Origin: a virus | Lineage: Duplodnaviria; Caudoviricetes | Virus record (IMG/VR): IMGVR_UViG_3300044210_000067 | Location: 1-43,350 of that record | Length of the DNA stretch: 43,350 nt | Direction: 5' to 3' (one strand) | In this document: positions 7,949-17,009 of the stretch, piece after piece | Layout: the number at the start of each line of letters is the position of its first letter | How positions within the stretch are numbered: position 1 is the first letter of the stretch | Notes under the pieces: model-generated | What the model was told of the DNA's origin: nothing | Database searches by the model: none | Seen by the model: the letters and a program-made list of their open reading frames with translations, nothing else | Program-made: the position numbers and the translations under genes

Positions 7949-9796
7949 ATGAGTGTAGCAACAGAGCTGGCTAAACATGGAGTCGTAATATCCTGCGCAG
8001 TAACAGGTAGCTCAGTAATCGAAGTTTCTTGTGCATGTGGTAAACGCCAGCAACTGAAAGCGTCTTCTGTCCTCCGAACAATGAGGAGAGTCGGGAGTTA
8101 CCGGTGCTTGTCGTGTGGTATGATTTCCAAGCATGTTGATCCTGTTTATAGGGAGAGGCATCGATCAGGCATCAAGGAGTCTTGGACTGCAGAAAAACGG
8201 AAGAAGCAGTCTTGTATTTCTAGAGAGCTGTGGGCGGATCCGAAGTTCGCTGCTAAAATTACCCAAGCATCTAAAGATGCTTGGAGTGATCCGGATAAAA
8301 GAAGTGCAGCTTCACGAATGGTTCAGGGATTATGGCAGGACCCTGAGTATAGAGCTGTATTTGAGATAATCTGGGACTCGCCTGTTGAACATAAAGCTCG
8401 TTCTGAACGGGCCATGAAGATGTGGCAAGATCTTGAATATAGGCAGAGGCAGGAAACTGTTAAAATTACCCCGGAGCACAGGGCTCTACAGGCAGAGTTG
8501 GCAATTAAACGATGGCAAGATCCTAACTATCGTAATATAATCATTGAGTCTCAGAAGGAACTGTGGCTGGATCCAGCTATTCGGGAGGCAATGTCAGAGC
8601 GGGTGAAGGAACTATGGCAAGATCCTAAATATCAGAAAAAGCAATTTCATGTTGCAGTAGATCCTGGGCTTTGCAGGCAGAAATCAGAGAATGCTCGCCA
8701 TCAATGGCAGGATCCAAATGTGCGCACACTGCTTATCCAGAAGATTAAGGAGGCATGGGCTAATCCGAGTCTAAGGGAACAAGCATCGCTTACTAGTAAG
8801 CAACATTGGCAAGATCCTGAGTTTCAAAAGAAACAAGCTAAAGCTCGTGCTGCTATTCTTTTGAATGGTAAGGACTCTATTTTGGAACGGACGGCTCAAA
8901 TTGTGCTTGATGCACTTCATGTTCCATATGAGAGGCATTTTGTCATAGGATATTTTGAGTTTGATTTATTTATACCATCGCACAAATTACTGATTGAGTG
9001 TCAAGGTGAATACTGGCATTCATTACGCAAAGACAGGGATGCAGCCAAATTCACTTATATTGATACTTATTTCCCTGAGTATCGTATTATGTACTTATGG
9101 GAGCGTGATTTTATAGATCCTCGTCTCATTAAGCAGAAATTCATTCGGGAGCTTATGGGCGAGGATTCTCCACTTCATCAGGTAAATTTTTCTTTTGATG
9201 ATATTAGAATCAAGCAGCTTGATGTACATCAATGTCAGCCGAATTCATTCTACTCAGCTCCCGAAGAGTTTCTGCAGTCATTTCATTACGCCGGTTATGG
9301 ACGATCGGCTAAGGTGGTGTACGGGGCTTTTCTTGATGATATCCTGATCGGAGTTTGCAAATTTGCTTCGCCTATTCGGAACGAAGCAGCTACTTCTATG
9401 GGATTTTCCCAGGCACATGTACTGGAGCTTGATCGGTTCTGCTTACATCCGTGCTACCAAAAGAAGAACTTCGCATCTTGGTTAATATCTCGGTGCACTC
9501 GAATGGCTTTTACTAATTATTCGGGTGTTGAATCTATTTATGGGTATGCAGACGCAACGTTCGGTCATTCTGGAACGATTTATAGAGCTGCGAACTGGCG
9601 AACAGTACATACAGTTCGGCCTGATTATTACTATGTAAATCAGGACGGTTTTGTTATTCACAAGAAGACGCTTTACGATCATGCTAAGCGTAATGGGCGT
9701 TCCGAGACAGAATATGCCGCGGAGCATGGATACCTAAAGGTTCGCGGGCGCGAGAAAACGAAATTTGCTTTTGCACGTCCGAAATGTATTGTTTAG
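7949..9796 (+). CDS. Fusion protein: Zn ribbon + 17-aa W-x-D-P repeats + Vsr/DUF559-like endonuclease + Mom-like GNAT DNA-modification domain
   Basis: CACG...CLSC; about 11 W-x-D/N-P units; FEFDLFIPSHKLLIECQGEYWH; FLQSFHY...LELDRFCLHP...KNFASWLIS...YADATFGHSGTIYRAANW. Confidence 0.8.
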   Translation: MSVATELAKHGVVISCAVTGSSVIEVSCACGKRQQLKASSVLRTMRRVGSYRCLSCGMISKHVDPVYRERHRSGIKESWTAEKRKKQSCISRELWADPKFAAKITQASKDAWSDPDKRSAASRMVQGLWQDPEYRAVFEIIWDSPVEHKARSERAMKMWQDLEYRQRQETVKITPEHRALQAELAIKRWQDPNYRNIIIESQKELWLDPAIREAMSERVKELWQDPKYQKKQFHVAVDPGLCRQKSENARHQWQDPNVRTLLIQKIKEAWANPSLREQASLTSKQHWQDPEFQKKQAKARAAILLNGKDSILERTAQIVLDALHVPYERHFVIGYFEFDLFIPSHKLLIECQGEYWHSLRKDRDAAKFTYIDTYFPEYRIMYLWERDFIDPRLIKQKFIRELMGEDSPLHQVNFSFDDIRIKQLDVHQCQPNSFYSAPEEFLQSFHYAGYGRSAKVVYGAFLDDILIGVCKFASPIRNEAATSMGFSQAHVLELDRFCLHPCYQKKNFASWLISRCTRMAFTNYSGVESIYGYADATFGHSGTIYRAANWRTVHTVRPDYYYVNQDGFVIHKKTLYDHAKRNGRSETEYAAEHGYLKVRGREKTKFAFARPKCIV

Positions 9797-9799
9797 TTC

Positions 9800-10354
9800 A
9801 TGGAATCTCGAAAACGTTTGGCTGAGCTACTTACTGAATTATCGTTCATGCGTAAGCGAGTTATTCTTGCAAGCGGAAAGGAAAGTGATTTTTTCATCGA
9901 TTGCAAGCAAACAGTGCTAACTGCTGAAGGTCATTATTTAGTCGGAGAGCTCATGTATGAGGCTTTATCCAAGCTTCCGATTATGGCACAAGCTGTTGCT
10001 GGTGTGCAGCTTGGTGGATGCCCGTTGGCGAGCGCAGTCTCTCTTATTAGTTATCAGAAGGGGCATCCGCTACCGGCTTTCTACGTCCGCAAGGAGCAGA
10101 AGGACCACGGTTCGCAGAAGCTTGTGGAAGGCGATAAATCTTTGGTGCCCGGTATGAACGTTGTTCTTCTTGAGGATGTAATCACAACGGGTGGCTCGTC
10201 CCTCAAGTCTGCCGCCAATCTTACTATGGCCGGGGTGCATGTGGTGGGTATTGTGGCGTTGGTGGACCGTCTCGAGGGAGGTGCCGAGGCGATTAGGCAG
10301 GCCGAAATACCACTGATCAGTCTATATACACGTAATGACTTTATCCCTAGATAA
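9800..10354 (+). CDS. pyrE: Orotate phosphoribosyltransferase
   Basis: ILASGKESDFFIDCK, YVRKEQKDHG, PRPP-binding VVLLEDVITTGGS, LVDRLEGG. Confidence 0.95.
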   Translation: MESRKRLAELLTELSFMRKRVILASGKESDFFIDCKQTVLTAEGHYLVGELMYEALSKLPIMAQAVAGVQLGGCPLASAVSLISYQKGHPLPAFYVRKEQKDHGSQKLVEGDKSLVPGMNVVLLEDVITTGGSSLKSAANLTMAGVHVVGIVALVDRLEGGAEAIRQAEIPLISLYTRNDFIPR

Positions 10355-10592
10355 ACGTGCGCTGATAAAGCAGGCCCTCATGGAACACGAGGGCTGCAGT
10401 AAATTGGCAGCAGCCATGGTCAATCCGGTCCGGCGTCGGATTGACTATCAGTCGGTTGCTCGATCCATGTTTACAGTCATCAACATCACCATCCCATGTC
10501 CGGTGTGTGGTAAACATGTAGAGGATCTAATCCAGCATTGTAACGAGATTGGTGATGTAGTACACGCCGTAGTACTTGTCCATGAGACCTAG
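10335..10592 (+). CDS. Small protein: major-capsid N-terminus homolog fused to a putative Zn finger
   Basis: Residues 7-51 align without gaps to the capsid protein at 35413 (19/45 identical), followed by CPVC...HC...H. Confidence 0.75.
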   Translation: MTLSLDKRALIKQALMEHEGCSKLAAAMVNPVRRRIDYQSVARSMFTVINITIPCPVCGKHVEDLIQHCNEIGDVVHAVVLVHET

Positions 10593-10622
10593 GTAGTAAG
10601 CTTCTTTTTCCGGCCTTGGGGT

Positions 10623-11516
10623 ATGATTGTTGCTGGTGGCAATTTCCGTTTCAGTACTCCTTCGGTTGGCGGAGACTGGTTTTGGAGCGTTGATGCTAGT
10701 AATATCATCAACGATGGTCAATTGATTCAGGTTAAGGATATACAGACCCCATTCGGTCCGTTGTCCGTTTCCAATATACCTATTCCGAGTTCAGTTATAC
10801 TGGCGATGGCTGACTCGCTTACGCAATTTCAGCAGCAACTAGCACCAGTACTTCGGCTGCTTACGCCAGCAACCTACAGCTTCACCGTTACAGAAAGTGC
10901 TGCGGCCATGGATGCAGCAGCAATGCAATTCCAGAACGTTGGAGCGTTTGGGTCTTTCATGTCTGTTTCAGCAACGCCAGACGCGTCTTGGCTTACTGCA
11001 AGTCCGCCTAGTGTTGGTGGACTTGGTAAAAATCAGACTGGGCAATCCGAGGCTCGTATTTTACCTGCAAGTATGCTCGCGTCATCATCTCCGTACACTG
11101 GGCATATTACGCTGCAGGATAGTGCCAATCCGCCAAATTCGGTTGCCATCACTTTCAATGTCATAGTCTTACCGAGACCGACTATTGGTCTATCGATACC
11201 GAGTATTGGTCTCACCTATCATTTACTGACTTCGGTTGGTACATCTGCGATAGAAGTAATAACTAATGTCGGGCCGGCATTATCTTCTATGAGCTTCAGT
11301 CTTGCAAAGGTACAGAACCAGAGCCAATGGCTCAGTATAGTTCCGATTTCTGGCGGCCCTCTTGGTTCTGGTAACTCGGTGAGCGTTCTGTTCTCTATCG
11401 TGGGTATACATGCTCCGACTATTACTGGCAATTATTCCGAGACCATTCGTTTGACAGCACCTAGTGCAACGAATTCGCCTATCGATATACCAGTTACTTT
11501 GAGCGTCGTCCCCTGA
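10623..11516 (+). CDS. Putative virion protein with two Ig-like (BACON-type) domains
   Basis: Ser/Thr/Pro-rich beta-strand sequence with a duplicated pattern: NVG...SWLTASP...YTGHITL and NVG...QWLSIVP...YSETIRL. Confidence 0.6.
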   Translation: MIVAGGNFRFSTPSVGGDWFWSVDASNIINDGQLIQVKDIQTPFGPLSVSNIPIPSSVILAMADSLTQFQQQLAPVLRLLTPATYSFTVTESAAAMDAAAMQFQNVGAFGSFMSVSATPDASWLTASPPSVGGLGKNQTGQSEARILPASMLASSSPYTGHITLQDSANPPNSVAITFNVIVLPRPTIGLSIPSIGLTYHLLTSVGTSAIEVITNVGPALSSMSFSLAKVQNQSQWLSIVPISGGPLGSGNSVSVLFSIVGIHAPTITGNYSETIRLTAPSATNSPIDIPVTLSVVP

Positions 11517-11566
11517 TATTCTGAGCTCTAGGCCGTTCATTGGACCTTTGATCCGGAGGCTGTAGC

Positions 11567-11830
11567 ATGCCCTTCAATATCGAGGATTTTCGGTTTTCGT
11601 CTAGTTCCGTTGATGCATTCTTTACTCCAAATACCCCAAAAGTTCCAAGAACTGCCTCCCATGGCAAGATTCGTGTTGCCACACCTCAGGACCTACAAGG
11701 GTTTGTACATGTCGGAAAAGATACGCTTGTACGGCTATCCCAACAAGATTTTTGGCAGTTTGGGCAGGATCAGGATGGATATTATATTGAGCGGATTGTA
11801 GACGATTCTAGGGGTCCGGTGGAAGGCTGA
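11567..11830 (+). CDS. Hypothetical protein
   Basis: 87-aa ORF with SD GGAGG upstream. Confidence 0.7.
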   Translation: MPFNIEDFRFSSSSVDAFFTPNTPKVPRTASHGKIRVATPQDLQGFVHVGKDTLVRLSQQDFWQFGQDQDGYYIERIVDDSRGPVEG

Positions 11831-11833
11831 CCA

Positions 11834-13168
11834 ATGAATGACGTGCAACTCAATCGTATTGCAGCCATGATAGCTGGCAAAATTAAGACTGCCGGTAAGA
11901 TTGAATTCGTCAAGGATACTGGTCCACTGCGCCGTGACGTCCGGGCCCCCGGGTTTCAGTGGTCGTCAGATGCGATGCGGAATCTGGCCAAGGTCCTGTG
12001 GGCTGTACAGCGTGCACATAGTTATACTATGACGGCATACCGCACTTTCTCAAAGATGAATTCATCTCAATTCAGTCCGGATGGACTGCTAGGCGGGAGA
12101 GGTTACATCCAGGCCGTCAAGGATATGCGCAGGGATGTTGCCTCAGCAGCAGAAGTGCTCTCTGCATTTGCTGATACCATCCAGGATGAGTTGGATGCTG
12201 ATCATTGGAAGGGGATAAAGGCCGGCGTAGAAGAGATAGTGGAAGACGCTGAGCAGATCAGAGAAGATCCAGAGCGGTTTGTGGAGGGAGAATTTGATCA
12301 AGTTCGTCCGGAGGATGAGAGTGAATATGGTCCCATTGTAAACCCGGAGGCAGATGACTATAATCCAGATTATGTTTCTCCGGAAGGAGATGGGGACGAT
12401 GGGGATGGGGATGGGGATGAGGACGATGGGGATGGGGATGGGGACGATGAGAATGGGCAGTCTCAGTTCGCTTCTGCTTCTTTGTATGAAAAGATGCCAC
12501 AGCTCTTACGGGATCGTCCAGATTATGGGCGCGGACAGCACAATAAGAAACTAAGGAAACAGGATAAGGTCGATTCAGCTGGTTCGATGCTGCCAACAGA
12601 CAATGCAGATCAGATGCAAAGTAAGTGGTCTGAATCGGAGATGATAATGCATACGACCACACCGGACCATGGGTCGTATTCAAGTATTACACAAGAGGTA
12701 CTGCGCAGAACAGCTGCAATGAGGCTTGCTGACTCGGCGCTCCCTGTAGACACACTTCCCGGACCCAGAGTGGATCATATCGGTCCTGGCGAGGGTAACG
12801 AGGCTGGGCATTATAACGATGATGAAGTATGGCCGTCTGATGATCCCGCAGGCGAGGGACTTGGGTCAGGTGTTAATGAATCCAAGTCATTACTTGAAGA
12901 CTGGGTTATGGATGGGAATACGCCATATTATGATCCGACTCAAGGCGATGAGAGTGTATTAGTTGTCTCTAGTAGAATTGCAAGAGAAAACTATTCATGG
13001 TTGCCAGGAAGCCGTAATGAGAAGAATCTTGACTATTATCGGCTCGGACTTTCTGATGAGGATGTGAACTGGATGCGAGATCACAGTGATCCTGATCCAC
13101 CTGAAGGTCCTCTAAACAAAGAAACCGAGAAGAGTTTTCGCGAACACTTATGGGGAGTTCAGATCTAA
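11834..13168 (+). CDS. Acidic, partly disordered hypothetical protein (possible head/internal protein)
   Basis: 444-aa ORF, Asp/Gly-rich with a GDGD tract. Confidence 0.75.
   Translation: MNDVQLNRIAAMIAGKIKTAGKIEFVKDTGPLRRDVRAPGFQWSSDAMRNLAKVLWAVQRAHSYTMTAYRTFSKMNSSQFSPDGLLGGRGYIQAVKDMRRDVASAAEVLSAFADTIQDELDADHWKGIKAGVEEIVEDAEQIREDPERFVEGEFDQVRPEDESEYGPIVNPEADDYNPDYVSPEGDGDDGDGDGDEDDGDGDGDDENGQSQFASASLYEKMPQLLRDRPDYGRGQHNKKLRKQDKVDSAGSMLPTDNADQMQSKWSESEMIMHTTTPDHGSYSSITQEVLRRTAAMRLADSALPVDTLPGPRVDHIGPGEGNEAGHYNDDEVWPSDDPAGEGLGSGVNESKSLLEDWVMDGNTPYYDPTQGDESVLVVSSRIARENYSWLPGSRNEKNLDYYRLGLSDEDVNWMRDHSDPDPPEGPLNKETEKSFREHLWGVQI
12389..12451 (+). repeat. GATGGG microsatellite encoding a Gly-Asp tract
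   Basis: Imperfect tandem GATGGG/GACGAT units containing seven GGGG runs. Confidence 0.85.
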
Positions 13169-14406
13169 TGTCTGCCTCAAGCCTTCCTACCGAAAGCGCC
13201 CTTGATAAGGCAGTTCAGGAGTTCGGCATTGGTACGTATGATTTTCCAATGACTGAATTTGACCATGGAGAAGATTCCGAGGACCTGCCAAGTGATAGAT
13301 ACTTGTGTAGACGAGCTCTTCCGGATGGAGGTGGACCAGTTGATCCTGCGGGGCCGGATAGATTGCTAAGTTATCCGGAAACATTTGCTTCGCTGCCAGG
13401 GGACCTGGATAGACCGCCAGGAGCGCCACGGTCACAAGATGATACACTGCAGCGTGTTGTCCCCTCTACGTCACAGGCAAAATTGCCGAGCGATGAGAGA
13501 AATCCATCTGCTAGGTCTGACTATTTCGATACGACCGTGACCGGACAGCTTCGTGACGACCCGTGGGCAGATGAGGATAGTGGGGCTTGGGCTTCCGAAA
13601 GCAAAGAAGCAGTTAGTGAGCTTCCTGGAATCATCAAAAATAACGTGCAGATGAATAATCATTTACAGGCACTTGGTAACTATTGGTCGGGTTATGAAGT
13701 AGAGGATGTTACAGGTCCTCATGGATTCCCATCAACAGATTTTTCAGAGAATGCTGATTTTTCTCGCAGCGATACGAATGATGGTGGCCGACTTATGGCA
13801 TCCAGAGGTGTGAAAATGAATAGGACAGCGACTAACTTCGAACTCGTGAGAGAATTAACAGACAAATTCCTGAAGGAATTTGGGAAAAAGGGTCTGACTC
13901 GCAGGTGCGTGATGGCCTATTTGCATAAGCAGAATCAGCCACAATATCTTGCTTCAGATATCATTCGTTGTTTGAATCTTGAGCACTCGATGGTGGTTAA
14001 GGATGTGCTTGATGAATTTCCTGTAAAGACGGCGTCTTCACAGGAAACCGGCCTAGACGTAATAACCGATAAGTTTGTAGACGCCATGGTTTTGTGTCGC
14101 GATAATCCGAAGGCAGTCCATGTTTTGGGTCTATGTATGGCTGCTGTGTCGCGTACAGCTGGTATCTGCAGCCGTTTAATGGCAATCAAACATGTAGCTG
14201 CCGAGGTTATTAACCTGGACAGTATGTTTCCAAGTGACTTGCGACAGTTTGCTGAGAGTACTAATAACTCTCAGCTGGCGTCTTACGCACGCAATAAGGC
14301 AAACGCGATGGACGCACGAGATGTTGGTGATATCTCTCAAGCAATGAAGCTTGAGGCTATTTGCGATTCAATCTACGATAAACTTCCGCCGAATCTAAAG
14401 TGGTGA
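13168..14406 (+). CDS. Hypothetical protein (acidic disordered N-half, helical C-half)
   Basis: Start placed at ATG 13168 (TAATG overlap, GGGGAG SD), in frame with the listed 13150 ORF. Confidence 0.75.
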   Translation: MSASSLPTESALDKAVQEFGIGTYDFPMTEFDHGEDSEDLPSDRYLCRRALPDGGGPVDPAGPDRLLSYPETFASLPGDLDRPPGAPRSQDDTLQRVVPSTSQAKLPSDERNPSARSDYFDTTVTGQLRDDPWADEDSGAWASESKEAVSELPGIIKNNVQMNNHLQALGNYWSGYEVEDVTGPHGFPSTDFSENADFSRSDTNDGGRLMASRGVKMNRTATNFELVRELTDKFLKEFGKKGLTRRCVMAYLHKQNQPQYLASDIIRCLNLEHSMVVKDVLDEFPVKTASSQETGLDVITDKFVDAMVLCRDNPKAVHVLGLCMAAVSRTAGICSRLMAIKHVAAEVINLDSMFPSDLRQFAESTNNSQLASYARNKANAMDARDVGDISQAMKLEAICDSIYDKLPPNLKW

Positions 14407-14413
14407 GTGGACT

Positions 14414-16393
14414 ATGGCTAAGAACATGCTGAGTTTGGATGCTGGATTGGGCGATATCACCTCGGTGCTGCACAATCAGGGCGTCGCCGACCTGTCTTGG
14501 CTAAATGTGGATGAAGAGGAGTATAGAAAATTCGAGGCATTACCAAAGCAAAATCTCGACATGATCCCAGAACTCCAAAAGGCACTGACTGTGGAGAATG
14601 GCGATGGAGTTCCGTCGATCACCCCGGTGAGGCCACATGTTATTGTTAATCGCAATCCATTTCCGTTGGATACTATCGCTGTAAAGACTGATACGACAGT
14701 GCCAATTCGTAATCGAGTGGCACATCTTGTCATGACAGGATTACCATCAGAGACTATTCTTACACGCTTGGCACTTGAGTTTGGGGCGTCGGATATTAAA
14801 CGTGCGGAGCCAGTGATTAACGAAGTGTTGGGTGAATCCGGAGTTCTTGGCAACGTATATATTGATGCTAAACATTTTCCGCGATGCATGACTGGCTCTA
14901 ATCAGCAAAAATTTGCTCGTGCCACCAGTGCTTGTTATATACTGGCTAAGGAAGAGTGCGCCGATTGTATATGTAATCAGAATGGTTTTTGTCATGTGAT
15001 GGGTGGTAAAGAAATCGTTGATGAGGTACCATATGGACCAAAGCTCGCGCTTCAGCATGCTGAACGCTTGATGGCAGAAGGGCGCCCATTAGATCTTACT
15101 GTCCGAAAGGCCGATAAGTCATTCGTTAGCGAAAATGAATGGAAAGAACGTTTGCGTACGGCGTTCAATAGGCCCCCAGTAGCGCCGCGACCAGATGGTG
15201 TACAAACTATTCATACACCTCAGAGAGTGACAGCAGTTGTTACTACAGCCGCTGATCTTGAGGCGTTCTGGGCACGTCGGCGCGCGGTTACAGAGTCAGA
15301 ACCCATTCCATCACCAGCATATATGAAATATGCTCGGCGTATGATGACGGGGTATGATGATATAGCTTTGTTAGCGGGGTCTGAAGATCCTTATCTTCAG
15401 GCGTTGGTATCTGAGTATGGATTGCTTGGGCATACCTGGCTTGATATGGATGCACTTGGTGGATGCCGCAATACATTGTCCTTCATTCAAAGTCGCAACA
15501 ACGAGCTAATAGCGTCACGTAATGAAGGGATCGGGGTCGTGCCAGATTATGTCGTGCGTCGGTTATCGACATGTTCTGTATGCAAGGGACAACCTGATGG
15601 CGCGTGTGTCGAAATCTCCAGAATTTCTTTCATTGTACAGAGCCGACCTGCGGCTGATAAGCGCACTTTCGTTCGTGCTCTAATCCGGGCCGTCGGGACT
15701 GGGCGAATTTCCCGGCTTGACGCTCGTATGGCTGCTAAGAACGTTGGGGATAAGGCGGATTGGACTTTGCTGACTGCACAAGCCAATTTATACTATTCAC
15801 CGCAGGTTGAATCTACCGCAGTACGAGCTGCAGTGGCGATGCATGCGTGTGCTCCCAGTTCGGGCGAGACGAGTACTAAAGTAGACGCTGAAGAGGTACG
15901 TCGTACTCTATCACACATGATGAATAGGGGTCTCACAGGTCGGGCACTTCAAGATACACTATTGCAGAGGTACTCCCGCGAAGATCTCTGTCAGGTGCCA
16001 GAGATTGGGATTCATGCAGCTACAGTTGATGGTATTCAAGGAAGTTATTTTATTGATCCCACGGCATATCGTGACTATGGTATTGGATGTGATGAGGGTG
16101 CTAGATACTTTCGTAAGCGTGGAGCTATGAATGTCATGGCTAGTGATCGGTGTGCAGGGTGCATGTTGATGACCCATCCAGGATGGTGTTCCAAGTATGC
16201 TAAGGATCTAATTACACAAATTCCTCCTGCTGTGTGGCACGCTGCTGAAGCTGCGCGTCGATCTTTGCCAATAGTGAGGCCAACGGTCGAGAATCCGGTG
16301 GAAAAGTACGAACTTATTGCTGAATTACCAGTGGAAATTGGGCAAAAGCCCATGCCTGGTCCTGAAATTAATATCAGCAGTCCGAGGATCTAA
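14414..16393 (+). CDS. Hypothetical protein with three internal 4-Cys repeats
   Basis: GVLGNVYID..C / GLLGHTWLD..C / GIQGSYFID..C, each followed by CxxC...C. Confidence 0.8.
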   Translation: MAKNMLSLDAGLGDITSVLHNQGVADLSWLNVDEEEYRKFEALPKQNLDMIPELQKALTVENGDGVPSITPVRPHVIVNRNPFPLDTIAVKTDTTVPIRNRVAHLVMTGLPSETILTRLALEFGASDIKRAEPVINEVLGESGVLGNVYIDAKHFPRCMTGSNQQKFARATSACYILAKEECADCICNQNGFCHVMGGKEIVDEVPYGPKLALQHAERLMAEGRPLDLTVRKADKSFVSENEWKERLRTAFNRPPVAPRPDGVQTIHTPQRVTAVVTTAADLEAFWARRRAVTESEPIPSPAYMKYARRMMTGYDDIALLAGSEDPYLQALVSEYGLLGHTWLDMDALGGCRNTLSFIQSRNNELIASRNEGIGVVPDYVVRRLSTCSVCKGQPDGACVEISRISFIVQSRPAADKRTFVRALIRAVGTGRISRLDARMAAKNVGDKADWTLLTAQANLYYSPQVESTAVRAAVAMHACAPSSGETSTKVDAEEVRRTLSHMMNRGLTGRALQDTLLQRYSREDLCQVPEIGIHAATVDGIQGSYFIDPTAYRDYGIGCDEGARYFRKRGAMNVMASDRCAGCMLMTHPGWCSKYAKDLITQIPPAVWHAAEAARRSLPIVRPTVENPVEKYELIAELPVEIGQKPMPGPEINISSPRI

Positions 16394-16414
16394 CCAGACG
16401 GTAAGATCGTCCGT

Positions 16415-17008
16415 ATGGACGATAAGATCAGTGACAATGAAGACGACACGCGGAAGGGGAAGATAATTACCTTTCCTAGTGGGCAGATGATTACTACAAA
16501 TGAACTCGGGACACCATATGTTATAGGTCAGGGTACTCAAAATAGAGTACGTGAAGTGCCAGACCTTAGTGAGGAGGCGAAGGAATATCGCGCGCGAGAA
16601 GCCTTCATCGCAGGCCAGGAACTTGTGCAGGTGATTGAGCAGGGTTCAGACCTTAGCGCAATGATGCACAGTGTTATAAAAGAGATTGGTGAAGAGCTTG
16701 CCAATCTGAAATGGGATCGCCAACGTGCGGCTAAGAAGGGTAAAGATGCTTCTAGTTTCACCATGGGGCGCATCAATGGACTTCATCGTTTAGCAGATGT
16801 GTTATTGAAGCGGGCAGAAAGTATGCGAGCTGAACAGCTCGATTTTAAGTCTGAACGATTTCGGACTGCACTATCACTATGGATGGAATTTGTTTATGAC
16901 GCTATGGTAAAATGTGGTTTAGGACAGCAAGAAGTTGATCTTGTGTTCAATACTATGAAAGCTGACATGGTGGACTGGGAAAAGAAAGTAATGGAGGCTA
17001 CTGGCTGA
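16415..17008 (+). CDS. Helical hypothetical protein, candidate terminase small subunit
   Basis: Lies immediately upstream of the terminase large subunit and has a suitable size. Function is inferred from position only. Confidence 0.4.
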   Translation: MDDKISDNEDDTRKGKIITFPSGQMITTNELGTPYVIGQGTQNRVREVPDLSEEAKEYRAREAFIAGQELVQVIEQGSDLSAMMHSVIKEIGEELANLKWDRQRAAKKGKDASSFTMGRINGLHRLADVLLKRAESMRAEQLDFKSERFRTALSLWMEFVYDAMVKCGLGQQEVDLVFNTMKADMVDWEKKVMEATG

Positions 17009-17009
17009 T

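Noticed and set aside
12258-12683. His-Pro repeat ORF (minus strand) and Met-Gly repeat ORF (12354+)
   Set aside because: Alternate-frame readings of the GATGGG microsatellite.
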